DNA of 64,000 nucleotides from Dicyema japonicum. Its lineage: Eukaryota > Animalia > Dicyemida. Every line of letters begins with the position of its first letter. Position 1 is the first letter of the stretch. Shown here piece after piece: positions 63,230 through 64,000 of the stretch. Location: contig RDEW01000008.1 in the NCBI GenBank assembly GCA_011109175.1, positions 1,600,513-1,664,512 of the forward strand. The letters are read 5' to 3'. Position numbers and translations under genes: made by a program. The notes beneath the pieces were generated by a model. That model was not told where the DNA came from. It made no database searches and worked only from the letters and a program-made list of their open reading frames with translations.

Positions 63230-63890
63230 CGAAGTTCAACCTACTCTTATGCAATACTTGTTTCAAGCACTCAGCAAGACACAAAACCACTTGGGTTGGC
63301 ACCAGAAAAGACAAATCAGGCAACACAGTCCGAATTTACAATCAGATTGACTATATTCTCTGCAAGCAACATCAGAAGGCCCTCATGCAATATTCGAGGT
63401 CATATGGCGGACTTGAAACTAGCAGCGATCACAAACTGGTTGTCGTTCGGCTAATACTAAACAGAATTGATGGAATATCACCTCCAAACACAGTCACAAA
63501 CAAAGCAGTCCGGATATAAGACGACTTTCTGTAATACAAAATGAGTTCAGGCTCCGAACTGAAAATACAAGTGCACCAGAAAAATCAACGAGCTCCGCAC
63601 CTAGAGAGGCAGAGTCCCAACAAAGGTCAAACAAATACAAAAATTACTTGCCAGTAGTGAAGCAGAAAATCAAATTTCCGAAATAACAAAATATAGTCAT
63701 TGGAGACGTTAACAAAGTTAATATAATAGCTTCGCATTTTGATCATCTATTCAATTATCACAACGAAATTAACTTCACAATGAAAGCAATGAAACCAGAC
63801 GAATCCACACTATTGCACCCAATAAGCATTTTGGAAACTCTTCATGCAGTCAAGAAACTGAACACCGGAAGATCTGCAGAACCAGACCCA
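63230..63890 (+). mobile_element. RTE APE/linker fragment
   Basis: LCNT.F.H...KTTW, IYNQIDYIL, SDHKLV. Confidence 0.7.
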
Positions 63891-64000
63891 GCACAACTTG
63901 TCCCAGCAGATCACCAATTTTTTCAATCGGTCTTTCCAGGAAGACAATACGTTGGAACTGGGAAAAGGGTGGCTAATATGTCGCGTCCCGTGGTGATGAC

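Noticed and set aside
63965-64000. HDV-like ribozyme start (gctaat...gtcccgtggt)
   Set aside because: P3 does not pair properly and the sequence is cut by the window edge.

Overview
AT-rich eukaryotic (animal) nuclear DNA. A few compact host genes with 22-28 nt GT-AG micro-introns lie in a dense field of mostly decayed transposons. Host genes: a K+-dependent Na/Ca exchanger (NCKX/SLC24), a WDR49/EFCAB8-like EF-hand/WD40 gene, an EEA1-like C2H2/coiled-coil/FYVE gene, the 3' end of another WD40-like gene, and an orphan ORF. The main finding is a cluster at 33-45 kb of four paralogous miniature nuclear-receptor genes that the ORF track misses because of micro-introns. They have an atypical C-X2-C-X10-C-X2-C first zinc finger, a different P-box in each copy, a very reduced ligand-binding domain with no obvious helix 12, and a conserved TGA(C/G)TCA promoter site. 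Mobile DNA includes a near-intact RTE LINE, Ingi/Vingi-like LINEs (one carrying a 2A/StopGo motif CGDVEENPGP), many CRE-like RLE-endonuclease LINE fragments, an R4/Dong-like fragment, two short non-autonomous retroposon families that share 3' tails with the RTE and Ingi/Vingi LINEs, and pogo, hAT, Merlin and MULE relics. Single-base deletions in homopolymers inside conserved genes suggest consensus errors, so some apparent pseudogenes may be intact. Animal-type genes plus ~25-nt introns suggest a dicyemid or similarly reduced parasite (inference only). All family assignments come from motif recognition by eye, not database searches, and most element boundaries are approximate.
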